A DNA stretch of 35,830 bases. It comes from Deferrisomatales bacterium. Lineage in GTDB: Bacteria > Desulfobacterota > Deferrisomatia > Deferrisomatales > JACRMM01. The stretch's first letter is position 1, and each line of letters begins with the position of its first letter. The notes under the pieces were generated by a model that saw nothing but the letters and a program-made list of their open reading frames with translations, was not told where the DNA came from and ran no database searches. The position numbers and the translations under genes were made by a program. This document shows, piece after piece, positions 24,825 through 33,389 of this stretch. The DNA lies in assembly GCA_033551855.1 (NCBI GenBank), contig JAWSUI010000038.1, forward strand, positions 1 to 35,830, read 5' to 3'.

Positions 24825-25307
24825 TCAGCCTCTCAGGTCCCGCATGACGGCCGTCTCATCGCACTCGGGAAACTTCACGCAGTGGACGCAGTCCTGCCAG
24901 ACCTTGTGGGGAAGCGTGGACTTCTCCACCTCGTGGAAGCTCAGGGTCTGGAAGAAGTGGGGCCGGTAGGTCAGGGCGAAGACCCGGGCGAGACCGAGCT
25001 CCTGCGCCTCCTGGAGGCACCGCTCGACGAGAACCCGCCCGATGCCCCGACGCTGGCGGTCCCGGCGCACCGCCAGGGACCGGACCTCGGCGAGGTCGAT
25101 CCAACAGATGCGCAGGGCCGAGAGGCCCACGAGCTCGCCCCCCTCTCGAGCCACCACGAAATCCCGGATGCTCTCGTAGAGGTCGAGCCGCGAGCGCGCC
25201 AGGAGGTCACCGCTGCGGGCAAAGTCGTCGAGGATGCCCTTCATGGCTTCCACGTCCTGCAGGCGGGCCCGCTCCACGGTTGGAACGGCAGGGGCGGCAA
25301 GCGTCAC
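24825..25307 (-). CDS. GNAT N-acetyltransferase (short ArgA/N-acetylglutamate synthase-like)
   Basis: LLARSRLDLYESIRDF, LAEVRSLAV, RGIGRVLV, FALTY, LPHKVWQDCVHCVKFPECDE. Confidence 0.88.
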   Translation of the reverse strand: MTLAAPAVPTVERARLQDVEAMKGILDDFARSGDLLARSRLDLYESIRDFVVAREGGELVGLSALRICWIDLAEVRSLAVRRDRQRRGIGRVLVERCLQEAQELGLARVFALTYRPHFFQTLSFHEVEKSTLPHKVWQDCVHCVKFPECDETAVMRDLRG

Positions 25308-26980
25308 GGCGCACTCCTCTGGAGCAGTTCGCGGGCATGTTCCCGCGTGGTTTCGGTCACGCGCCGGCCGCCGAGCATCCGGGCCAGCTCCTCGACCCGC
25401 TCCTGGGGGTCCAGGGGCCTCACCCGGGTCACGGTCCGCCCTTCCTCGGCTACCTTCTCCACCCGGAGGTGTCGCCCCGCACGGCCGGCGATCTGCGGGA
25501 GGTGCGTGATGCATAGAACCTGGCAGGCGGGTGCGAGGGCAGCGAGCCGCTCCCCAACGGCAGCCGCCACCGCGCCGCCAATGCCGGCGTCCACCTCGTC
25601 GAACACCAGGGTCTCCACGCCGGCGTCCCGCAGTGCGTTCTTGAGGGCCAGAAGCACCCGGGACAGCTCTCCCCCCGAAGCGATGCGCGCCAGGGGAAGG
25701 GGGGGCTCCCCGGGGTTCGGTGCCAGCAGGAAGCGCACCTGGTCGGCCCCGCCGGCCCCGGGCTCCCCGGCCCGCACCTCCACCGAGAAGGCGGCGGGGC
25801 CCAAAGCCAACGCCTCGAGCTCCGCCCCCACCCTCCGGCCGAGCTCCTTCCCGGCGCGCCCGCGGGCTTCCCGCAGGATGCGCCCGGCCTCGGCCAGGGC
25901 AGCCCCGGTCCGGTCCCTGGCTGCCCCGGCCCTCTCCAGGGCGAACTCGGTGTTCTCCGCCTCCCAGAGCTCCTCCTCCAGGGCCCGGAGGCGTTCGGCC
26001 AGGGCCTCGGCCGGAACCCCATGCTTGCGCTCCAGCCGGCGCAGGGCGTCGAGGCGCTCCTCCACCTCCTCCAGGCGCCCGGGGTCCGCCTCCAGCGCCG
26101 CCCGCCGGTCCCGCAGGCCCAGGGCGGCTTCCTCCAAGAGGGCCTTGGCTTCGGCCAGGAGCTCCAGGAGGGGTCCCGCCGCGGGATCGCGGCGTCCGGC
26201 GTCCTCCACGGCCCGGGCGGCCCGGGCCAAACGATCCAGTGAGGCCTCCGCCCCGGAGTACAGCTCGGCCTCGGCGTCTCCGTACGCCTCCAGGAGCCTT
26301 CCCGCGTGCACCAGGAGATCTCGCTCCTGCCGCAGGCGTTCCCCTTCCCCCGGCTCCGCGCGGACGGCTCGGAGCTCCTCGACCTCATGCCGGAGGGTTT
26401 CCGCCCTCTCGCGGGCCCGGGCCTCCAACCCCTCGAGCCGGCCCACCTCGGCCTCCGCGGCCCGCCACGCGTGGTAGGCATCCCCGTAGGCCTCCCGCGC
26501 CGCCCGCCCCGGCTCGTCCAGGGAGGCATCCAGGAGGGCCCGGTGGGTCTCCTCCCGCAGGAGGCCCTGGTGCTGGTGCTGGCTCGAGACCTCGACCAGG
26601 CTCCGGCCGAGGCGGGCGAGAACGGCCAGGGGTGCGAGCGCCCCGTTGACGTGGGCCCTGCTGCGGCCGTCGGACCCCACCGTGCGGGCCACCAACAGGG
26701 GCTCGCCCTCCTCCCAAGGTATGCCGGCTTCCCCGAGGACGGCCGCGGCCTCCGCCCGGGCCGCGCCCCGGGGCGAGAAGAGGCCCTCGACCCGGGCTGC
26801 CTCGGCGCCCACGCGCACCCCGTCGCGGCTCGCCCGCTCCCCCAGCAGCAGGCCCAAGGCCTGGAGGAGGATGGACTTCCCCGCCCCGGTCTCTCCAGTG
26901 AGGGCGGTGAACCCCTCCCCGAGCTCGAGCTCCACCTCGTCCACCAGGGCGAAATCGCGGATGCGCAGGAGCTCGATCAC
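25304..26980 (-). CDS. recN: DNA repair protein RecN
   Basis: LTGETGAGKS, IASGGELSR, FDEVDAGIGG, CITHLPQIA, EELARMLGG. Confidence 0.96.
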   Translation of the reverse strand: MIELLRIRDFALVDEVELELGEGFTALTGETGAGKSILLQALGLLLGERASRDGVRVGAEAARVEGLFSPRGAARAEAAAVLGEAGIPWEEGEPLLVARTVGSDGRSRAHVNGALAPLAVLARLGRSLVEVSSQHQHQGLLREETHRALLDASLDEPGRAAREAYGDAYHAWRAAEAEVGRLEGLEARARERAETLRHEVEELRAVRAEPGEGERLRQERDLLVHAGRLLEAYGDAEAELYSGAEASLDRLARAARAVEDAGRRDPAAGPLLELLAEAKALLEEAALGLRDRRAALEADPGRLEEVEERLDALRRLERKHGVPAEALAERLRALEEELWEAENTEFALERAGAARDRTGAALAEAGRILREARGRAGKELGRRVGAELEALALGPAAFSVEVRAGEPGAGGADQVRFLLAPNPGEPPLPLARIASGGELSRVLLALKNALRDAGVETLVFDEVDAGIGGAVAAAVGERLAALAPACQVLCITHLPQIAGRAGRHLRVEKVAEEGRTVTRVRPLDPQERVEELARMLGGRRVTETTREHARELLQRSAP

Positions 26981-27909
26981 GGCTCCTCCCCCCGGTAGGA
27001 GCCGCCCCACATGAGCTTGGTACGGAGAACCTGAAAGTGATCCCGAAACAGGGAGCGCACCAGGAGCACCCGCCGGTCGGACTTGTGCACCCGCACCACG
27101 TCCCCCCGCTCGAGCTCGAACCCCTCTTGGCCATCCAGGGTGAGGAAGACGTCGCCGTTCTTGGAGAGGAGCCGCACCTCCACCGCGGAGGCGTCGCGCA
27201 GGAGGATCGGCCGGTGGGTGAGGGTGTGGGGACAGATAGGGCTCAGCAGCATCGCCGGAAGGTCCGGGCTCACGATGGGCCCGCCGGCCGAGAGGCTGTA
27301 CGCGGTCGAGCCGGTCGGGGTGGCGACGATGAGCCCGTCCGCCCGGTAGGTGGTCAGGTAGTGGCCGTCAACCCGGACCTCGAACTCGCTGATCCGCGCC
27401 AGAGCGCCCTTGTTCACGACCACGTCGTTGAGAACGTGGAACTCGGAGGTCTCCCCCCCGGACCTGCCCACGGTGCACCCGAGGGCGGTGCGGGACTCCA
27501 GGGCGGTGCGCCCCTCCAGGAATCGCTCCAAGGTGGGGTACAGCTCGCTGCGGGAGATCTCCGTCAGGAACCCGAGGTGGCCCAGGTTCACCCCCAGGAT
27601 CGGCACTTGGCAACCGTCCAGGGCCCGCACCGCGGCAAGGAAGGTGCCGTCCCCACCCAGGACCACCAGGAGGTCCACCTCGCGGCAGCGGCCCTCGGCC
27701 ACCCGGCGGTCGAGCTCCGTCTCGTCGAGAACCTCGAGGCCTCGGGCGCTCGCCCAACCGCGGACCTCTGCCGCGACCTGATCGGCCTCCGGGGTCGTCT
27801 TCTTCCGAAAGAGGGCTATCGTCGCGGGCCGCAAGAAGCCTCCTGGACCGGAGGGCCGGGGAAGATCGGCGTGCCGGAACCCCCCTCGCCGCCGCACGCC
27901 GGGGCTCAC
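26977..27909 (-). CDS. nadK: NAD kinase
   Basis: LGGDGTFL, GVNLGHLGFL, LNDVVV, ADGLIVATPTGSTAYSLSAGGP. Start uncertain. Confidence 0.95.
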   Translation of the reverse strand: MSPGVRRRGGFRHADLPRPSGPGGFLRPATIALFRKKTTPEADQVAAEVRGWASARGLEVLDETELDRRVAEGRCREVDLLVVLGGDGTFLAAVRALDGCQVPILGVNLGHLGFLTEISRSELYPTLERFLEGRTALESRTALGCTVGRSGGETSEFHVLNDVVVNKGALARISEFEVRVDGHYLTTYRADGLIVATPTGSTAYSLSAGGPIVSPDLPAMLLSPICPHTLTHRPILLRDASAVEVRLLSKNGDVFLTLDGQEGFELERGDVVRVHKSDRRVLLVRSLFRDHFQVLRTKLMWGGSYRGEEP

Positions 27910-28004
27910 CCAACGTCTGCCGCCGGGGGCGGGAATCTAAAGCCGGCGGCGCCCTGTCGGTAGCCTGCCAGCCCGGGCACCGGCTGTGGTATTCTAGCAA
28001 ACCC

Positions 28005-29360
28005 ATGAGGCCTCTGAAAGCAACCCCCCCGAGCCCCGCCACGCCTCCACCCAGGCCCCCGCTGGCGGAGCGCATGCGACCTCGGACCCTCGAAGAGATC
28101 GTGGGCCAGGACGCCCTGCTGCAGCCCGGCCGCCCCCTTCGTCGGGCCCTGGAGCAGGGAGAGCTCCCCTCCCTGCTCCTGTGGGGCCCCCCCGGAAGCG
28201 GCAAGACGAGCCTGGCCCGCCTCCTGGCCGCCGAGGCGGGATACCGCTTCGTGCCCCTGTCCGCGGTGCTCGCCGGTGTCCGGGAGGTGCGGGAGGTGGT
28301 GGCCGAGGCCGCGGGAAGGCGGGAAGCCGGGGAGCGGACGCTGCTGTTCCTCGACGAAATCCACCGCTTCAACAAGGCCCAGCAGGACGCCCTCCTGCCC
28401 CACGTGGAGGCGGGCACCGTCACCCTGGTGGGTGCGACGACCGAGAACCCATCATTCCAGGTGGTTTCGCCGCTCCTCTCCCGCACACTGGTGGCGCGCC
28501 TCGAACCCCTGGCCGCCGACGCGCTGCGGAGCATCCTGCGACGTGCCCTGGAGGAGCCCGGCGTGGGGCTCGCCGACGGGACGGTGCACCTGACGCAGGA
28601 GGCGGAGGACCTGCTGCTCCGCAGCGCCCAGGGAGACGCCCGCCGGGCCCTCAACCTCCTCGAGGCGGCTGCCCGGGCGGCCCAGGCCGACGGGGGCGGG
28701 TCCCGCATCGTGGGGGCCGGGGACCTCGCGGCGGTGCTGCAGAGCCCGGTACTGTACCACGACGCCGGCGGCGACTGGCACTACGACGTGGTGAGCGCCC
28801 TGATCAAGAGCCTGCGAGGTTCGGATCCGGACGCAGCGCTGTACTGGCTGGCCCGCATGGTGGAAGCTGGGGAGGACCCCCTCTTCGTGGCCCGGAGGAT
28901 GGTCATCTTCGCCTCGGAGGACGTGGGCAACGCCGATCCCGGGGCCCTCCGGGTCGCACTCGACGCCAAGGAGGCGGTCCATTTCGTCGGCATGCCCGAG
29001 GGGTTCATCCCTCTCGCCCAGGCCGCGGTGTACCTAGCGACCGCCCCTAAGTCAAACGCCTCGTACTCGGCCTACCTCAGAGCCCGGGAGGACGTCCGGC
29101 GCCACGGCACCCTGCCGGTTCCCCTGCACCTGCGCAACGCGCCCACGTCCCTGGCCCGGGCGACGGGGTGCGGCGAAGGGTATCTCTACCCCCACGACCA
29201 CCCCGACGGCGTCGTCGCCCAGACCTACCTCCCCGACGCCCTGACCGGCACCCGTTACTTCTCGCCGGGCCGCTTCGGGTTCGAGAGGGAGATCGCCAAG
29301 CGCCTGGACTGGTGGCGCCGTCGCCGGGAGGCACCGGATGCGGGCGGCGGCAAGCCCTGA
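28005..29360 (+). CDS. rarA: Replication-associated recombination protein A (RarA/MgsA)
   Basis: PLAERMRP, WGPPGSGKT, DEIHRFNKAQQD, GATTENPSF, KSLRGSDPDAA, APKSNA. Confidence 0.96.
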   Translation: MRPLKATPPSPATPPPRPPLAERMRPRTLEEIVGQDALLQPGRPLRRALEQGELPSLLLWGPPGSGKTSLARLLAAEAGYRFVPLSAVLAGVREVREVVAEAAGRREAGERTLLFLDEIHRFNKAQQDALLPHVEAGTVTLVGATTENPSFQVVSPLLSRTLVARLEPLAADALRSILRRALEEPGVGLADGTVHLTQEAEDLLLRSAQGDARRALNLLEAAARAAQADGGGSRIVGAGDLAAVLQSPVLYHDAGGDWHYDVVSALIKSLRGSDPDAALYWLARMVEAGEDPLFVARRMVIFASEDVGNADPGALRVALDAKEAVHFVGMPEGFIPLAQAAVYLATAPKSNASYSAYLRAREDVRRHGTLPVPLHLRNAPTSLARATGCGEGYLYPHDHPDGVVAQTYLPDALTGTRYFSPGRFGFEREIAKRLDWWRRRREAPDAGGGKP

Positions 29361-29504
29361 GGGCCTGTGAGCGTATCGTCGCGAGCAGACCCGAGGGCAA
29401 GGGGCACGTGAGAGGACGGCACGACCCATCCGGTCGACAGGCGAGGAGCGGTCACGTGCGCAACGAAGGGATCCTGTCGGACACCAGACGGATTCTCAGG
29501 CTCT
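29360..29504 (+). mobile_element. MITE-like repeat, family B copy 1
   Basis: Shares GCGAGCAGACCCGA, AGGCGAGGAG and GTGCGCAACGAAG with the reverse complement of 33265-33389. Imperfect terminal IR AGGGCCTGTGAG/CTCAGGCTCT. Confidence 0.6.
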
Positions 29505-29523
29505 GAGAACCGGGAGGAGACCC

Positions 29524-30012
29524 ATGGAGGTCCCCACGCCGAGGCCGGCCGGCTGCCCCCGCTCATTCCGCCGCATTCTGGTGGCGACCCACTTCTCCCC
29601 CCGCTCCAAGCGGGCGTTCCACAAGGCCCTGGACCTGGCGGCGGACCTCGGTGCGGAGATCCACCTACTCCACGTCCACAGCGTGCCGGCCCCCCGCCCG
29701 CTGTTCTTCATCTCCATGCACCCGGAGGACCACCGACGCCTGTCGGAACGGGCCAAGGGGCGTGCGCGCCGACGCTTCGAGGACTTCCTCAGGGGGGAGG
29801 ACCTGGGGACCGTACCGGTGACGACCGTGGTTCGCCAGGGGCTACCGCCCCGGGAAATCGTGGCCTACGCAGCCGAGGCGGGGTCGGACCTGGTCGTGGT
29901 GGGGGAACGGCCGGAGACGCGCGCCCAGCACGTCCTCCAACACCTGGTCTTCGAGAGCGTGGGGGAGCGGGTGCGGCGGGAGAGCCCCTGCCCCGTGCTC
30001 ACCGTGCGGTGA
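29524..30012 (+). CDS. Universal stress protein
   Basis: FRRILVATHFS, LLHV, DLVVVG, SVGERVRRESPCPVLTVR. GGAGGAG RBS. Confidence 0.9.
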   Translation: MEVPTPRPAGCPRSFRRILVATHFSPRSKRAFHKALDLAADLGAEIHLLHVHSVPAPRPLFFISMHPEDHRRLSERAKGRARRRFEDFLRGEDLGTVPVTTVVRQGLPPREIVAYAAEAGSDLVVVGERPETRAQHVLQHLVFESVGERVRRESPCPVLTVR

Positions 30013-30039
30013 GCAGGCCCGCGCGCGGAGTGCAGGCGC

Positions 30040-30273
30040 TCACCGATCCTTCTTGAGGAGCTCCTTGAGGCGGCCGAGATCCATGGGCGGGGCCTGGGTG
30101 GCAGCCAGGTTCTCCTTGCGGATCTCCTCGTAGATCTCCTTGCGGTGGACCGGCACCTCCCGAGGCGCCTGGATGCCCAGCTTGACGCTGTTGCCGTCGA
30201 TGCCGAGGACCTTCACCTCGATCGAGTCCCCGATCATAATCGATTCGTCCAGCTTCCGGGTGAGGACGAGCAT
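30040..30273 (-). CDS. csrA: Carbon storage regulator CsrA
   Basis: [35 protein letters not shown]. Confidence 0.96.
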   Translation of the reverse strand: MLVLTRKLDESIMIGDSIEVKVLGIDGNSVKLGIQAPREVPVHRKEIYEEIRKENLAATQAPPMDLGRLKELLKKDR

Positions 30274-30315
30274 CCGGGCCCCCGCAACGTCGGTCATAAG
30301 GGCGACTCGCGGGGG

Positions 30316-30344
30316 ACTATACCGGTTTCACACCGCTGTTTCAA
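30316..30344 (-). promoter_or_regulatory. Sigma70 promoter internal to fliW-csrA
   Basis: TTGAAA-N17-TATAGT on the minus strand. Confidence 0.6.
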
Positions 30345-30407
30345 GAATCCCCCCGGCCCGGGATTCCCCGTCCCGGCACCGCCCGGGACCGGGGTGCCTC
30401 TGCCCTC

Positions 30408-30857
30408 TCAGGCCGGCTGGCAGGCCCGCCGTCCGTGGCCGATCAGAGGTGTGCGCACCCGGTGTCCGGCGTCCTCGAGGATCACCTGGCGAGCGAGCCC
30501 CCGCTCGGGATTGAAGACCAGAGGCGCCCGGAGGTTCGCCGTGACCCGGCCGGAGTCCTCGGACGGGGTCACCACCACCGCCACCACCGCCTCGGCCCCC
30601 TCACACAACTCGAGATCCCCCAGGGCTTCCGACGCCAACTCGCTCCCGTAGTCCGGGAAGAAGTACCGGGGATCCGCGACGAGGAAACAGAGATCCGGGC
30701 GATCGACCGCCCGGAACCACCGGAAAGGGATCTCGGGGTCCGGCGTCAACAAGGCGAATCGATGGTGCCCCGGGAACCCCGGCATGGGCTCCGTGAGGGT
30801 CAACACCGTTCCCTCGTCCACCTCGATCTCATCGAGCCCCCGGGTCTGGATCTGCAC
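30408..30857 (-). CDS. fliW: Flagellar assembly factor FliW
   Basis: PGFP, FLVADPRYFFPDY, TANLRAPLVFN, ARQVIL. Adjacent to csrA. Confidence 0.9.
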   Translation of the reverse strand: MQIQTRGLDEIEVDEGTVLTLTEPMPGFPGHHRFALLTPDPEIPFRWFRAVDRPDLCFLVADPRYFFPDYGSELASEALGDLELCEGAEAVVAVVVTPSEDSGRVTANLRAPLVFNPERGLARQVILEDAGHRVRTPLIGHGRRACQPA

Positions 30858-30951
30858 GGCGCGCGCCCTCCGATAGGTGTTTTTTCCGGCGAACGAACCT
30901 TCCTCGGCCCACCACCGCCCATCCCGGCAGCGGACATGAGGCCCGGCAGTC

Positions 30952-30979
30952 TCATCGGCCCCGAACCGGTGTGACTTTA
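30952..30979 (-). promoter_or_regulatory. Candidate sigma28 promoter for fliW-csrA
   Basis: TAAAGTCA-N12-GCCGATGA. Confidence 0.55.
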
Positions 30980-31013
30980 CCGCACCGCCCGACGGTGCCC
31001 CCCCGGAGGCCAC

Positions 31014-31922
31014 TCACGGGGGCGCCCGGCCGCGGAAGGCGGCGGGGTCGACGCGGCTGCGCGCCATGAGGGTGTAGAAGTCCTTCCGGGCCTTCCCCGA
31101 GTACTCGGCGGCTTGGGTCACGTTGCCCTCCGTGAGGAGCAGGAGGGTCTGGACATAGGCCCGCTCGAACTCTCTCTTTGCTTGGGCGAACGTCACCGGG
31201 TGGGCCTGTGACCCCCGGCGGGGGAGAGTGGCCGGAAGCTCCCAGGGGCCACCGTCCCGCGAAGGCAGGGCCGCCACCACCAGGCTCTCCAGCTCCCGGA
31301 GGTTTCCGGGCCACGAGTACCCCAGGGCCTGGGCCATGAAGGCCTCGGGTACGGGGGGAAGACGGCGGTCCGGGGCGTGGCGCCGGGCAAAGTGCTCCCA
31401 GTGGGCCGGGACCTCCTCGAGGCGTTCCCGCAGGGGGGGGACGGCGAGGGGGAACACCTCGAGCAGGTAGTAGAGGTCGCGCCGGAACCAGCCACCCTCG
31501 ACCCCTGCCAGGAGGTCGCGCTGGGCCGTCGAGACAATCCGGACCACGGCCTCGGCCTCCTCTTCGCAGGCGTCCCACTCTTCCACCAACCCGACCAGGA
31601 GCGCCTGCACTTCGGCACTGGCCTGATCCACCTCCTCCAAGACGAGGGTGCCACCTTCGAGGGACGCCAAGAGACCCTTTCCGGAGAGTTGCTCGGCCAC
31701 GCCCGGGCGCCGGAGATGGACCCGGACGAGGGGCTTCCCAGCCCGGGGGCTGGCGGCGTGAAGGACGGTCGCGGCATGGGACCGCCCCACCCCGGCCTCC
31801 CCATACAGCACGAGGCGCACGTCGGTGGCCGAGATCCGCCGGAGCACCTCGAGGACCCGCACCATCGCGGGTGCCTGGGCGAAAAACGGCGAGGGGCCGT
31901 CCACCTGGGGGGCTGCGGTCAT
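31014..31922 (-). CDS. Degenerate sigma54-interaction (AAA+) domain protein with Fis-type HTH
   Basis: GEAGVGRS, GGTLVLEEV, FRRDLYYLL, WPGNLRELE, GNVTQAA. No GAFTGA loop and no sensory domain. Confidence 0.85.
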   Translation of the reverse strand: MTAAPQVDGPSPFFAQAPAMVRVLEVLRRISATDVRLVLYGEAGVGRSHAATVLHAASPRAGKPLVRVHLRRPGVAEQLSGKGLLASLEGGTLVLEEVDQASAEVQALLVGLVEEWDACEEEAEAVVRIVSTAQRDLLAGVEGGWFRRDLYYLLEVFPLAVPPLRERLEEVPAHWEHFARRHAPDRRLPPVPEAFMAQALGYSWPGNLRELESLVVAALPSRDGGPWELPATLPRRGSQAHPVTFAQAKREFERAYVQTLLLLTEGNVTQAAEYSGKARKDFYTLMARSRVDPAAFRGRAPP

Positions 31923-32019
31923 AGTCCTCTCCTCGGGTCGGGTGCGGGCAGGGGAGCGGCCACCCGAGGGGGGTCCTTCCGAAACCCCCTACGGAATCGG
32001 TGCTCCGCGCCTGCGGGTC

Positions 32020-32047
32020 TCATCGGACACCCGATGCGGGGACTTGA
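32020..32047 (-). promoter_or_regulatory. Candidate sigma28 promoter
   Basis: TCAAGTCC-N12-TCCGATGA, with the same spacing and the same CCGATGAGAC as the fliW site. Confidence 0.5.
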
Positions 32048-32149
32048 CACCTTTTCGACACACCCGGGGACGGGGAGGACGGGAGCGGGGACAGCGGCGG
32101 GAGGAGATCGGCACCAGGGTCGGCGGGGATTCTGCGCCGGGTCTTCCTG

Positions 32150-33256
32150 TCACGGGGGTGGTTTCAGCCCTCCGGGTCCCGGCGGCCCTCCCCTGCTCCC
32201 GCCGGTTCCCCGGTAGGCCCGGGCGAGCAGCTCGGCCACCGGCTCGAAGAGGTCGGAGGGGATGGGCTCACCGATCTCGGTCCGGCGGTACAGGGCCCCG
32301 GCCAGGGAAGGCGCCTCGTAGACCGGGACCCCCTTCCCCCGGCCCAGCTCCCCCATGCGCTCGGCCACCGCCCCGGCCCCCTTGCCGACGACCCGGGGGG
32401 CGCTCCTTTCCGCCGTGTCGTACCGAAGCGCCACCGCGAGGCGGGTCGGGTCCGTGACGATCAGGTCGGCCCCGGGGACCTCCGCCATCATCCGGCGTCG
32501 TGCCAGCTCCCGCTGGAGGCTCCGGAGGCGGCTCTTCACGAGGGGGTCCCCCTCGGTGTCCCGGTACTCGTCCTTGACCTCCTGCTTCGACATCCGGATC
32601 CGATCCTCCCATTGCCACCGCTGGAGCCCGTAGTCGAGAAGCGCGAGGGCGGCGTAGAACAGGAGGATGTTCCGGAGGATCTCGAACCCGAGGTCGAGCA
32701 GGTACGTCAGGAGGGCCGCAGCGGGCAGGGCCGCAAGGAACGGGAGCTCACCCAGGCGGCTGCGCACCGCCACGTACCCGAGGAACCCGACCGAGGCCAC
32801 CTTCAGCAGGTTTCTCAGCAGGTCGAGGAGCCTTGCCCGCCGGAACAGGTGGCGGAACCCCTCGAAGGGATCCAGCCGCCCAACGTCGGGGGCAACTGCC
32901 CGGAAGGAGAAGAGGAAGCCTACCTGGAGCAGGTTGCCCGCGATGCCCCCCGCCACCACCGCGACCAGGACGGGGGTGAGGGCACGGATCAGGCACCCCG
33001 CCGCCCGCGCCGCCAGGGTGACAACCGCCGGGCCGGTCAATTCCGGGCCGGTCCCGAAACGCAGCAGGTCCGACGCCAGGAAGTGCAGCTCGGTGAGGGT
33101 GCTCCGGGCCCCGACCCAGAACCCGAGGACCCCGGCCGCCAGGACGAAGGCCGTGACCACCTCGGGGCTCCGGGCCACATCGCCGCGCTCCCGCGCCTCC
33201 CTTCTGCGCTTGGGGGTTGCGGGCTCCGTGCGATCCCACTCTTCGTCGGCGGCCAC
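32150..33256 (-). CDS. flhB: Flagellar export protein FlhB
   Basis: RTEPATPKRRREARERGDVARS, RMSKQEVKDEYRDTEGDP, VALRYD, APRVVGKG. Confidence 0.92.
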   Translation of the reverse strand: MAADEEWDRTEPATPKRRREARERGDVARSPEVVTAFVLAAGVLGFWVGARSTLTELHFLASDLLRFGTGPELTGPAVVTLAARAAGCLIRALTPVLVAVVAGGIAGNLLQVGFLFSFRAVAPDVGRLDPFEGFRHLFRRARLLDLLRNLLKVASVGFLGYVAVRSRLGELPFLAALPAAALLTYLLDLGFEILRNILLFYAALALLDYGLQRWQWEDRIRMSKQEVKDEYRDTEGDPLVKSRLRSLQRELARRRMMAEVPGADLIVTDPTRLAVALRYDTAERSAPRVVGKGAGAVAERMGELGRGKGVPVYEAPSLAGALYRRTEIGEPIPSDLFEPVAELLARAYRGTGGSRGGPPGPGGLKPPP

Positions 33257-33264
33257 GGCTCAGC

Positions 33265-33389
33265 TGCGCGACCGGACTGCTTCGTTGCGCACTCCCGCAC
33301 TCCTCGCCTATCTACCTGATATGTCCCGTCGTTCGCTCGCGCGCGCCTCGCAAGTCGGGTCTGCTCGCTACGCTTCTCTCACGGGCTCT
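33265..33389 (-). mobile_element. MITE-like repeat, family B copy 2 (one end apparently missing)
   Basis: Reverse complement aligns with 29360-29480. Begins at the fliR TGA. Confidence 0.6.
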
